From IMG/VR virus record IMGVR_UViG_3300033145_001818, positions 1 through 35,307 of that record: a DNA stretch of 35,307 nucleotides. One strand, written 5' to 3'. Positions 15,371 through 24,416 of the stretch are shown piece by piece (the stretch's first letter is position 1; each line of letters opens with the position of its first letter). The stretch is from a virus (lineage: Duplodnaviria; Caudoviricetes). The translations under genes and the position numbers were made by a program. The notes below the pieces were generated by a model. It was not told the origin of the DNA, did no database searches, and saw nothing but the letters and a program-made list of their open reading frames with translations.

Positions 15371-17339
15371 ACAAATTACCTATCAAAATTTTAAAGGATT
15401 GCGCAACTATATTTTTAAACCCGAAGGTAAAAGTATTAATGTTTTCGCTGATAATGGCTGTTTTAAAAGTACATTGTATGATGGATTCCTTTGGTTGCTT
15501 TTTAATCGTGATAGCCAAGGAAGAACAAATTTTGAAGTGAAAACATTAAACCCTGACGGAACCCCAATACATGGGCTTGAGCACAGCGTAGAAGCAGTTT
15601 TAAATTTCGGAGGACGGGATATTGCACTAAAAAAGGTTTTTAAGGAAAAGTGGGTAAAGCGACGCGGAAATGCAAAAGCTGAATTTACTGGCCACGAAAC
15701 AAGCTATTGGGTTAATGATGTCCCGGTTAAAAAGTCGGAGTACGAGGTCCGCATTTCTGAATTGGTAGACGAAAATATATTCCGCCTATTAACAGACCCT
15801 CGCTATTTTAATAATCTCCATTGGACCGAGCGCAGGAAGTTATTGTTAAACGTCTGCGGAAACATGTCTGATAAAGAGGTTATCCAATCCGATAAATCAC
15901 TCTCTAAGCTATCGGAAATCCTGCAAGGCCACAGCATGGAAGACCATCGCAAAATTATCACAGCTAGACGGAGCGAGATTAATAAGGAGCTGGATAAGAT
16001 ACCCGTCCGGATTGATGAGGTTGAATTATCCTTGCTAGATGTTTTTAGTGAGCATCCTGAAAGCTTGTTTGATGACATTCAAAACCTTAAAGCAGCCTTG
16101 CAGGAGAAGCAGCAGGAGCTTGCTCGTGTAGAATCAGGCGGCGAAATTGCGGAAAAGACAAAAAAACTTCGGAAGCTTGAAGCGGAATTGATCGATCTGA
16201 AAAATCAGCACCGCAATAAATACGAAGCAGAAATTCAGGAAAAACAAAAGCTGTTAAACGAGGTAAAAGAAAAGTGTTCAGATCTGCTCACCGCTATAAG
16301 AGGCATGGAGAAATCGACAGAGTTGTGTCACGAAAAGCAGGCGTCCATCGGCAATAAACTAACGACATTACGGGCTAAATGGCACGAAATCAATGACCAG
16401 CAGTTAGAGTTGGAACTGGATGAAGTCTGTCCCACCTGCGGTCAACCATTACCGGCTGAAAAGCTGGCCGAGGCGCGGGAAAAGGCGTTGGCCCAATTCA
16501 ATAGAGAGAAGGCTGAAAAACTAGAGCAAATTACCGCTGAAGGCAAGCGGTTGATAGCCCAGGGTGATAAGTTAGCTGCTGAAATTTTTGGCCTAGAAAA
16601 GAAAATCAAAGAGGCTAGGGCCGAAATTGAGGCCGAAGAGAAGGCAGTAGAGCAGCTTCAAAGCGAAATCGATGCGCTACGTAAAAAAATGGAATTTGCT
16701 ACAGCTAATGATAGAACGTACAACGCTAAATACCTTGAAAAACTTGACATCGAAAAAGCAATTTCCTCGCTTAAGGAAAACAACGCTGAAGCTGTCGCAA
16801 AAATCAAGGAAGAAATCAAAGAAATAGAACTGGACATAGCGACGCTGGAGCAGGAAACGGCAAAAGTGGAACGGCGTAAGCAAGGGCAGAAGCGCATTGA
16901 AGAACTCAAGGAGCAAGAGCGCAAGCTGGCTGCTGAATATGAAAAGCTAGAAGAAGAGCTATACCTCACCGAACAATTTATCCGCACAAAAGTTAATCTC
17001 CTGGAAGAAAAAATCAACAGCAAATTTAAGATGGCAAGATTCAAGTTGTTTGATGTTCAGGTCAATGGCGCAGTAGTCGAGTGTTGTGAGACCACCTACC
17101 AGGGCGTGCCCTATTCCAGCCTAAATAACGGGGCCAGGATCAATATCGGGCTGGATATCATCAACACTCTGTCGGAGCATTACGGTTTTGACGTCCCTAT
17201 TTTTATTGATAACGCTGAGGCCGTTACTCAACTGACAGAGACCAGGGGACAGCAGATTAAGCTATTTGTAAGTGAGGCGGACAAAAAACTCCGCGTTGAA
17301 CACGTGGATAAGAAAGAAAAAATTAAGGAGGCTGTATAA
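15354..17339 (+). CDS. SbcC/Rad50-like coiled-coil ATPase
   Basis: NFKG, Walker A-like DNGCFKST, CPTCGQ zinc hook, LNNG signature, IFIDNAE. Confidence 0.9.
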   Translation: MELLIKQITYQNFKGLRNYIFKPEGKSINVFADNGCFKSTLYDGFLWLLFNRDSQGRTNFEVKTLNPDGTPIHGLEHSVEAVLNFGGRDIALKKVFKEKWVKRRGNAKAEFTGHETSYWVNDVPVKKSEYEVRISELVDENIFRLLTDPRYFNNLHWTERRKLLLNVCGNMSDKEVIQSDKSLSKLSEILQGHSMEDHRKIITARRSEINKELDKIPVRIDEVELSLLDVFSEHPESLFDDIQNLKAALQEKQQELARVESGGEIAEKTKKLRKLEAELIDLKNQHRNKYEAEIQEKQKLLNEVKEKCSDLLTAIRGMEKSTELCHEKQASIGNKLTTLRAKWHEINDQQLELELDEVCPTCGQPLPAEKLAEAREKALAQFNREKAEKLEQITAEGKRLIAQGDKLAAEIFGLEKKIKEARAEIEAEEKAVEQLQSEIDALRKKMEFATANDRTYNAKYLEKLDIEKAISSLKENNAEAVAKIKEEIKEIELDIATLEQETAKVERRKQGQKRIEELKEQERKLAAEYEKLEEELYLTEQFIRTKVNLLEEKINSKFKMARFKLFDVQVNGAVVECCETTYQGVPYSSLNNGARINIGLDIINTLSEHYGFDVPIFIDNAEAVTQLTETRGQQIKLFVSEADKKLRVEHVDKKEKIKEAV

Positions 17340-17340
17340 A

Positions 17341-18393
17341 ATGTCTGAAAAGCAAAATCAAGCATTGAAAAAGCCGGAAGAGTCTATGTCTGTTAGGTTT
17401 ATGAATAAAGTCGTGTCAGAATTTAACTCCAGCGTTGGCGAAATAGCTCTCACAAACTTTCAAAAGCGTTTGGTTCAAAACTATTTTATGGCTGTTGACT
17501 ATGCATTAAAAGTAGCAGAAGAAAAACGGAAAAAGAAGAATGAAAAATACCGGGACCATTTGCCGGTAGTCTGGGCTAACGTTAACATAGAACAACTCGC
17601 CCGGGACGTTATAGCAGCTGCTCGAGTCGGTCTTGATCCCGCGCAACCTAACCATATCAGCGTGATTCCCTATAAAAACAATTCATTAAACAAGTATGAT
17701 ATAGGCTTTATCGAGGGTTATCGTGGTATAGAGCTTAAGTCGGAAAAATACGGTCTGGACGTGCCGGATGACGTAACGGTGGAGCTGGTTTACTCGAACG
17801 ACCACTTTAAACCGATTAAAAAAGACCGTAACAACCCGATCGAGACATACGAATTTGAAATAAAAGATCCTTTTGGCAGGGGAGAAATCGTGGGCGGCTT
17901 TTATTACCACTCTTTTAAAGACAATCCCGCGAAAAATAAGCTGGTAGTTTTTACTATTAAGGACATTGAGAAGCGCAAACCACCTTATGCCAGCGTAGAG
18001 TTTTGGGGCGGAGAAAAGGATATCTGGGAAAACGGCAAAAAGGTCGGAAAACAGAAGGTTGAGGGCTGGTATGAAAAGATGTGCTACAAGACGATTTACC
18101 GGGCAGCTTATAAAGATATTACTATCGACAGCCAAAAGATCGATGATGATTACCTGCGCTTGAAGCAGATGGAGGAGTCCTCTGCAGAATCTGAGGTTGC
18201 TAGGGAAATCGCTGAAAACGCCAACTCTGAGGTGATAGATGTTGAATATGATGTAGCCCAAGATGAAGCACCGCAAGGGGAGCAGGAAGAAGAAAAAAAT
18301 AAAACCCTCAAACAGGAGCAAAAAGTAAAACCGGAAAGAGAACTTGTATCAGCTGGAGACGGACAGCAGATCTTGGAAGAGCCGGGATTTTGA
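17341..18393 (+). CDS. recT: RecT-family single-strand annealing protein
   Basis: ARVGLDP, IPY, EGYRG, ELVYSNDHF, MCYKT..R; acidic tail; position in recombination module. Confidence 0.8.
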   Translation: MSEKQNQALKKPEESMSVRFMNKVVSEFNSSVGEIALTNFQKRLVQNYFMAVDYALKVAEEKRKKKNEKYRDHLPVVWANVNIEQLARDVIAAARVGLDPAQPNHISVIPYKNNSLNKYDIGFIEGYRGIELKSEKYGLDVPDDVTVELVYSNDHFKPIKKDRNNPIETYEFEIKDPFGRGEIVGGFYYHSFKDNPAKNKLVVFTIKDIEKRKPPYASVEFWGGEKDIWENGKKVGKQKVEGWYEKMCYKTIYRAAYKDITIDSQKIDDDYLRLKQMEESSAESEVAREIAENANSEVIDVEYDVAQDEAPQGEQEEEKNKTLKQEQKVKPERELVSAGDGQQILEEPGF

Positions 18394-18454
18394 TTTACTT
18401 AATTAGGCTGGGGTGGGCGCGTGCTTGCCCCGGTCGATAAGGGTAGGTGGTTTT

Positions 18455-19102
18455 ATGGGAAAGCGGTTAAACATTCAACCTGGTGAAAGATATGGAAAGC
18501 TAACTATTATCCGAGAGGTCAGAAAAACAAGTGTTAAACGCCGCTTTTTATGTCGCTGTGATTGTGGGCGCCTTACTCAAGTTAACTTAAATTCGCTCAG
18601 AGCTGGAGCTATAAAGAGTTGCGGATGCCTACTTAAGGAAAACGGAAAAAGAAACAAAATACATGGTTACTGGCAACATCGGCTTTATGGTATCTGGGCA
18701 GGTATAAAGCAACGTTGCTTTAATCCTAAAAGCAACAATTACAAGTATTATGGAGCCCGAGGAATTACTATTTGCCCGGAATGGATAAATTTCAACTCAT
18801 TTTTAAAGTGGGCATTGTCATCTGGATATAAAGATGGACTTACGATTGAAAGAATTGATGTTAATGGAAATTACGAGCCAAGTAATTGCAAATGGATACC
18901 TCTAAAAGAACAGCCAGGAAATACGCGCCAAAGCCGCTGGGTTACTTGGAAAGGTAAAACAAAAAATATATCCCAATGGGCCAAACACACTGGGTTATGT
19001 GCAGAAACAATCAGGCGCAGATTAGCCTATGGATGGACTATTGAAAGAGCACTTACTGAACCACCACATAAAGTTGGGGCGGCGGTGCGTCATGGAAATT
19101 AA
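18455..19102 (+). CDS. HNH-type homing endonuclease
   Basis: CRCDCG, SCGC, WAGIKQRC, YGARGITIC, TIERIDVNGNYEPSNCKW. Confidence 0.85.
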   Translation: MGKRLNIQPGERYGKLTIIREVRKTSVKRRFLCRCDCGRLTQVNLNSLRAGAIKSCGCLLKENGKRNKIHGYWQHRLYGIWAGIKQRCFNPKSNNYKYYGARGITICPEWINFNSFLKWALSSGYKDGLTIERIDVNGNYEPSNCKWIPLKEQPGNTRQSRWVTWKGKTKNISQWAKHTGLCAETIRRRLAYGWTIERALTEPPHKVGAAVRHGN

Positions 19103-19802
19103 AGTTCTTACGTCATCCAGCGCAGGCAATTGTGCGGTTATTGATGATGGGCACACAAAAATTATGTTAGATTGTGGGATTCCGTGGAAGAAAATCCGCC
19201 AGAAGTTAAGTTTTAAAACCTCAGAAATAGCGGCCTTGTGTTTGACACATCAGCACAATGACCATTCAATGGCCATTCATGATGTAGCAAGGTTCGGCAT
19301 TGATTGTTGGCTTTCATCTGAAACTAAAGCGGTTTTAGGGTTAGATGGCCATAGATTTCATGAGTTTATATCATTGAAGCAATTCTCGATTGGCACATGG
19401 TTTATAAAAGCTTTTCCTTTGGTGCACGATGTATCAAATTATGGTTTTCTAATGGCCAGCATAAAAGGTGAAAAATTAGCATATATCACCGACACGGCCT
19501 ACTGTAAATACCGGTTTATAGGGCTAACTCATGTGTTGGTAGAAGCAAACTACAGCCTGGATATTTTAGATGAACATATAAAATCGGGGGTCTTGCCGAT
19601 AGAGATGAAAAAGCGACTACTGAAAACACATATGAGCCTGGAAACTTGCAAGGGGTTCTTGCGGGCCAATAACCTGAGCAAAGTCCAGGCAATCTGGCTA
19701 CTGCATCTATCAGACCAAAATTCTTGTGGTGAACGATTTAAAAAAGAAGTTCAGGAGATTACTGGCAAACCAACATATATAGCGGGAGGGGAACCAATGT
19801 GA
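19092..19802 (+). CDS. Metallo-beta-lactamase-fold hydrolase (YycJ-like nuclease)
   Basis: SSSAGN, LDCG, THQHNDH, HD, TDT, EANY, HMS, LHLS. Confidence 0.9.
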   Translation: MEIKVLTSSSAGNCAVIDDGHTKIMLDCGIPWKKIRQKLSFKTSEIAALCLTHQHNDHSMAIHDVARFGIDCWLSSETKAVLGLDGHRFHEFISLKQFSIGTWFIKAFPLVHDVSNYGFLMASIKGEKLAYITDTAYCKYRFIGLTHVLVEANYSLDILDEHIKSGVLPIEMKKRLLKTHMSLETCKGFLRANNLSKVQAIWLLHLSDQNSCGERFKKEVQEITGKPTYIAGGEPM

Positions 19803-19954
19803 ATGTCTTTAAGCTGAATCTACAGTGTCAAATAGCAAAAAAGAGATTGGCTCAAACAGCATGGAAGTACGGCTTAAATAATCCAAAAACGATTAAACAA
19901 AGCCAAATGGTGGACAAGTTAGTCAGTCAGTTGCAAAGGAGGATTGCGCGTTGA
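19799..19954 (+). CDS. Spo0E-like aspartyl-phosphate phosphatase; not in ORF track
   Basis: GTG with GGAGG RBS, coupled at both ends; MNVFKLNLQCQIAKKRLAQTAWKYGLNNPKTIKQSQMVDKLVSQLQRRIAR resembles the GL..SQELD.L signature. Confidence 0.65.
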   Translation: MNVFKLNLQCQIAKKRLAQTAWKYGLNNPKTIKQSQMVDKLVSQLQRRIAR

Positions 19955-22215
19955 GTGCGATTAGATATGCAGAATTTCTTGACAGCAAGCGTATTGTCGC
20001 GCCATCTCACGGGTTAGATATCGCCCTCAAGGATATTAACCCGGCGTTATTCCCTTTCCAGCGCGATATAGTGCGGTGGGCGCTTCGCAAGGGGCGGGCG
20101 GCTATTTTCGCCGATACCGGATTAGGGAAGACGATTATGCAAATCGAATGGGCGCGGCATATTCCTGGCGATGTATTGATATTAGCACCGTTAGCCGTTT
20201 CTAATCAAACCATCAGAGAGGGCGCGAAATTTAATATTGCAGTTAATATTTGCCGTTGTCAGGCCGATGCAAAGCCCGGTATTAACATAACTAATTACGA
20301 AATGCTAAATCATTTTAACCCAGGCGCATTTGCTGGGGTGGTCCTTGATGAATCCAGTATTTTGAAAGCCTACAATGGCAAAACCCGAACTGCGATAATT
20401 AAGGCATTCCAGAATACTCCTTTCAGGTTGGCTTGCACAGCGACCCCTTCCCCGAATGACTACATGGAACTAGGCAATCATTCTGAATTCCTGGGGTTGA
20501 TGTCGCGGAGCGAAATGCTGGCAATGTTCTTTATCCATGATGGTGGGAATACCAGTAAATGGCGTCTCAAAGGCCACGCTCAGGATAAATTTTGGGGATG
20601 GTTGGCTTCTTGGGCATCGGTAATCCGCAAGCCATCTGATTTGGGGTACTCCGATGAAGGGTTTGTATTGCCACCATTGCACGTACATCAACACACAGTA
20701 GAAGTGGATAAGCCGACTGAAGGGCATTTGTTTGCTATAGAGGCGCTCACACTCCGAGAAAGACAGAAGGCGCGACGAGATACAATGGAGCAGCGTGCTA
20801 AATGTGCGGCAAATATTATAGCGGAGCATCCGAATGAACCTTGGTTGATTTGGTGCGGTCTGAATAAGGAAAGTGAAATATTAGCGAGGGAGATCCCCGG
20901 AGCGGTCGAGGTCCGAGGTTCCGATGATAGAGAATATAAAGAAAAAACACTTTTAGGGTTTGCTTTTGGGAATATCCAAAAATTGATTACCAAACCCACT
21001 ATTGCAGGATTTGGTATGAATTGGCAACATTGCGCCAAAATGATTTTTGTTGGGCTCTCGGATTCGTTTGAACAGTATTATCAGGCAGTCCGCCGGTGCT
21101 ATCGGTTCGGGCAGGATCGCCCTGTTGATGTCCACATCGTAACCGCTGAAACTGAAGGGGCTGTGATGACCAATATTAAACGAAAGGAGCAGGCCGCAAC
21201 CCTGATGGCTGAAACGATGGTTAATTACACCAAGGAGTATGTCAGGCAAGATCTGCGGAGTACCGAGCGCCGGGTGAGCCGATACGAACAGAAGTCAGTT
21301 AGTGGCGACGGATGGGAATTGCGACTTGGCGATTGTGTAGAAGAAATTCGGAATATCCCGGATAACAGTATTCATTACTCTATTTTCAGCCCACCGTTTT
21401 CCAGCCTATACACTTATACGAATAGTGAGCGGGATATGGGTAATTGCAAAACTGATGAAGAGTTTTTAGAGCATTTTAGATACTTAGTCGAGGAACTGTA
21501 TCGAGTTATTATACCTGGCAGATTGGTGAGTTTTCATTGTATGGATATCCCAGCGATGAAAGAGAGGGATGGATACATTGGATTAAAAGATTTTCCAGGG
21601 GATTTGATCAGGGTATTTCAAGATATAGGGTTTATTTATCATTCTAGGGTTGTGATATGGAAAGACCCGCTGATTGAAGCAACAAGAACTAAGGCATTAG
21701 GGTTGATGCACAAGCAATTAGTAAAAGATTCTGCAATGTGTCGGCAGGGGCTGCCAGATTATCTTATTACAATGCGAAAGCCGGGTAACAACCCGAACAG
21801 AATCGCACACCCTAATGGATTAACGAGTTATATTGGACAAGATGAGCCTTCACTGGCAAGAACCGACCTTGTATATTCTCACCATGTATGGCGAAGATAT
21901 GCTTCTCCTGTATGGATGGACATAAACCAAAGCAATACACTTCAAAAAGAAATGGCCAAAGGAAGCAAAGATGAGCGCCATATATGCCCGCTACAATTAG
22001 ATGTAATAGAAAGAGCATTAGAATTATGGAGTAATCCCGGAGATACAATTTTAAGCCCATTTGCCGGTATTGGCTCTGAGGGATATGTCTCTTTGAAAAC
22101 AGGGCGCCGTTTTAGGGGTATCGAGCTAAAGCGGAGCTACTGGCAGGTTGCGGCGAATAACCTTCAACGTGTAGCTGATATAAAACAGCAGACTATTTTA
22201 GATTTTGGAGGCTAG
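19951..22215 (+). CDS. SNF2-like helicase fused to an amino (N4-C/N6-A) DNA methyltransferase
   Basis: DTGLGKT, LDESS, TATP, GFGMNWQ, QAVRRCYRFGQ; then GDC, FSPPF, HICPLQ, SPFAGIGS. Confidence 0.9.
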   Translation: MSAIRYAEFLDSKRIVAPSHGLDIALKDINPALFPFQRDIVRWALRKGRAAIFADTGLGKTIMQIEWARHIPGDVLILAPLAVSNQTIREGAKFNIAVNICRCQADAKPGINITNYEMLNHFNPGAFAGVVLDESSILKAYNGKTRTAIIKAFQNTPFRLACTATPSPNDYMELGNHSEFLGLMSRSEMLAMFFIHDGGNTSKWRLKGHAQDKFWGWLASWASVIRKPSDLGYSDEGFVLPPLHVHQHTVEVDKPTEGHLFAIEALTLRERQKARRDTMEQRAKCAANIIAEHPNEPWLIWCGLNKESEILAREIPGAVEVRGSDDREYKEKTLLGFAFGNIQKLITKPTIAGFGMNWQHCAKMIFVGLSDSFEQYYQAVRRCYRFGQDRPVDVHIVTAETEGAVMTNIKRKEQAATLMAETMVNYTKEYVRQDLRSTERRVSRYEQKSVSGDGWELRLGDCVEEIRNIPDNSIHYSIFSPPFSSLYTYTNSERDMGNCKTDEEFLEHFRYLVEELYRVIIPGRLVSFHCMDIPAMKERDGYIGLKDFPGDLIRVFQDIGFIYHSRVVIWKDPLIEATRTKALGLMHKQLVKDSAMCRQGLPDYLITMRKPGNNPNRIAHPNGLTSYIGQDEPSLARTDLVYSHHVWRRYASPVWMDINQSNTLQKEMAKGSKDERHICPLQLDVIERALELWSNPGDTILSPFAGIGSEGYVSLKTGRRFRGIELKRSYWQVAANNLQRVADIKQQTILDFGG

Positions 22216-22219
22216 CGCA

Positions 22220-22274
22220 GTCATAGACCCCACGGCTAAAGCCGGGGGCATCCACGCGGCAGAAAGGTTGGTGA
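22220..22274 (+). mobile_element. 55-bp IS200/IS605 (IscB-type) end-hairpin footprint, copy 1
   Basis: gtcatagaccccacggctaaagccgggggcatccacgcggcagaaaggttggtga; 54/55 identical to 28540-28594. Confidence 0.65.
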
Positions 22275-22340
22275 AAGGGCGCTTGAACCAGACAAACTGA
22301 CTGATCACGTGGATAATGTGTAAGAGGGGTTGGATATCAA

Positions 22341-23144
22341 GTGTCAAGGCCAAGGAAGCAGACTGTAAATTATTTCCCGCATATGTGCAACCACGGAAAA
22401 ACAATATTTATTCTGGAACAAAAATATGGCAACGATGGCTATGCCTTCTGGTTCAAGTTGCTTGAGATGCTTGGAAGCACCGAAGGGCATTATTTAAAAT
22501 TAGAAAACTCTGCCGATTGGGAGTTTCTACAGGCGAAAACCCGGTTGGACGGGGATAAGTGCGAAGAAATCCTTGGCCTTTTGGCTAAATTGGGAGCGAT
22601 TGATGCGGAGTTGTGGGAGGAGCAGAAAATCGTCTGGTCGGACAACTTCGTGGCCAATATAGCCGATGCTTACCGGAATCGTACGTCAGAAATACCAACT
22701 AAGCCGAGTTTCTTACGTCAGAAACCCCGTGACACCGACCAACCCAGCGTAAGAAATCCGCAAACTAAAGTAAATAAAACTAAAGTAAATAAAACTAAAG
22801 TAAATAAAAACAATACGCGCGCGTGCACGCGCGAGGAGTATACTCCAGACTTTGAGGAATTCTGGTCATCTTACCCACGCAAAACCGAAAAATACGCCGC
22901 CTTCAAAGCCTGGAAAACCCGCCGGAAAGAAGGGGTCCCGGCCGCCGATCTGACAGCGGCGTCAAAGCACTATGCCGATTACTGCGCCGCCAAGGGCACG
23001 GAAACGCAGTATATCAAGCACGCTAAGACCTTTTTAGGCCCGATGCACCCATACAGAGAATGGATAAGGGCACCGGACCCGGCGGAAACCATGGACGCGC
23101 CTAAAGCATGGCACACGCTAAAGCCCTATCTTGAGGAGGGATAA
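22341..23144 (+). CDS. Phage replication initiator (DUF4373/Lin1244-like N-terminus)
   Basis: MSRPRKQTVNYFPH..KYGNDGYAFWFKLLE; C-terminal FEEFWSSYPRK..YIKHAKTFL. Confidence 0.85.
   Translation: MSRPRKQTVNYFPHMCNHGKTIFILEQKYGNDGYAFWFKLLEMLGSTEGHYLKLENSADWEFLQAKTRLDGDKCEEILGLLAKLGAIDAELWEEQKIVWSDNFVANIADAYRNRTSEIPTKPSFLRQKPRDTDQPSVRNPQTKVNKTKVNKTKVNKNNTRACTREEYTPDFEEFWSSYPRKTEKYAAFKAWKTRRKEGVPAADLTAASKHYADYCAAKGTETQYIKHAKTFLGPMHPYREWIRAPDPAETMDAPKAWHTLKPYLEEG
22670..22810. repeat. Candidate origin within the initiator gene
   Basis: tacgtcagaaa twice, then aaactaaagtaaata three times in tandem (22762-22806). Confidence 0.65.
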
Positions 23145-23149
23145 TCCCA

Positions 23150-23662
23150 TTGAACAAGTCTGAAGTGGCAAAGCTACTAGCTTTCGTGACCGCACTATAC
23201 CCAAACATTGACGTTAAACGGGGTACGGTAGAAGCCTGGCATGAAATGGTCGGAGATCTGCCGTATAACGTAGTAAAAAACGCTATGAAAAAAGTCTTGG
23301 CAGAGCAGCACATACCCTGCTTGCCGGCAGCTGGGAAGATCCGTGAAGCTGCCGCTCAAATAACACACCCGCGAGTACTGTCCTCCGCGGAAGCATGGGG
23401 GCAGGTTATGGCTGCCGTGCAAAAATACGGGTATTATCAGGCTGTTGAAGGAATGCAAGCACTTAATCCGGTGGTAAGGCAAACGGTAAAAGCCTTCGGC
23501 GGCTTTACGGAGATATGTTTAACGGAGAATATTGACGCGACCAGGGCGCATTTTCTCAAAATGTATGAGCAATACGCGATGCGTAAGATAGCAACGGCAG
23601 TCATGCCGGATTCGGTCAGGCAACTAACCAACCGCACAGCAGGGCGCCTGACGGGCGCCTGA
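23150..23662 (+). CDS. Replicative helicase loader/inhibitor (G39P-like)
   Basis: EVAKLLAFV..YP..WHEM..DLPY, AEAWGQV..KYGYY, RAHFLKMY; follows the initiator. Confidence 0.8.
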   Translation: MNKSEVAKLLAFVTALYPNIDVKRGTVEAWHEMVGDLPYNVVKNAMKKVLAEQHIPCLPAAGKIREAAAQITHPRVLSSAEAWGQVMAAVQKYGYYQAVEGMQALNPVVRQTVKAFGGFTEICLTENIDATRAHFLKMYEQYAMRKIATAVMPDSVRQLTNRTAGRLTGA

Positions 23663-23681
23663 CGGGGGGAGTGGATGATAA

Positions 23682-23900
23682 ATGGCGTGTAGACAACCGG
23701 AACGATTTATAATCCTTGAAGATATTGACTTTTTATGGTCGGAACCCCAGGCCGCAACGGTTTGCGAAATGTGGGCAAAGGGAGAGACTGTCCCCAAAAT
23801 GGCGCAAGCGGTCAAAAGGCCGCAAGACGAAGTATTGCTTCTGCTCATTCACGAGGCACGAAAAGGGCGGATAAAGGCGAGAACAAAGGGGTTGATTTAA
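23682..23900 (+). CDS. Small HTH protein
   Basis: LEDIDFLW..MWAKG..MA..KRPQDEVLLL. Confidence 0.75.
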   Translation: MACRQPERFIILEDIDFLWSEPQAATVCEMWAKGETVPKMAQAVKRPQDEVLLLLIHEARKGRIKARTKGLI

Positions 23901-24256
23901 TGCAATTACTGGAAGAAAAAGCAAAAGACGGCTTAGCGCAGACAAAATGCTCTAGCTGTGCCAAGGCAATCCCGCAATTGTGTGCGTTTATGGCGGCAGA
24001 ATCTGAAAACGCAGAGGAAATCTTAAACACTATCGGCGCGGAAGTCGTGAAGCACTGCAGCAAAAATTTTAACCGCAAAGGTGGATACACCTGGTATTGG
24101 TACTACAAAGTTACTCATTGTCCAAATTTCGAGGAAGGCGCGTTGCCGGAGATAGCAAGAGCGGTTCACAAAATAACAGTGCCTTTAGTCCGGTCACGCG
24201 GTGGTTTCAGCGATGGTGATACTGCAAAGGGCGGTATAGGTTTTAGTTATAAGTAG
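23900..24256 (+). CDS. Cys-containing hypothetical protein; 3' end probably IS-derived
   Basis: CSSCAKA..C..YKVTHCPNF; tail overlaps the tnpB remnant. Confidence 0.65.
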   Translation: MQLLEEKAKDGLAQTKCSSCAKAIPQLCAFMAAESENAEEILNTIGAEVVKHCSKNFNRKGGYTWYWYYKVTHCPNFEEGALPEIARAVHKITVPLVRSRGGFSDGDTAKGGIGFSYK

Positions 24257-24361
24257 GGCTGGAAGCACCCAAACTCACGCCTGCGGAGATTGCGTAAGAC
24301 CCTTGCGGTTGCGGTCGATGAACCAGGAAGCTCCCGCCTCTATAGGCGGGAGAGGCTTCAC
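24213..24361 (+). mobile_element. Non-autonomous IS605-family remnant: tnpB start fragment plus right end/omegaRNA scaffold
   Basis: atggtgatactgcaaagggcg(g)tataggttt reads MVILQRA-YRF; acgcctgcggaga..gtcgatgaaccaggaagctcccgcctctataggcgggag..ttcac. Confidence 0.7.
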
Positions 24362-24416
24362 CGGCTCTGGTGCTCAAAGAACGGTTTACAAAACACAAAA
24401 AAGGTGAGATCGAACC

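Noticed and set aside
15354-17339. SMC-like ATPase as a Wadjet or Lamassu defence component
   Set aside because: No partner genes; standard phage recombination-module context.
17686-18321. 211-aa hydrophobic minus-strand ORF
   Set aside because: Antisense shadow of the K/E-rich RecT gene.
18455-19102. HNH gene as part of a group I intron
   Set aside because: Flanking recT and MBL genes look intact and no intron core is evident; it appears free-standing.
19092-19802. MBL-fold protein as an antibiotic resistance gene
   Set aside because: No signal peptide; its place in the SbcC-RecT module fits a nuclease.
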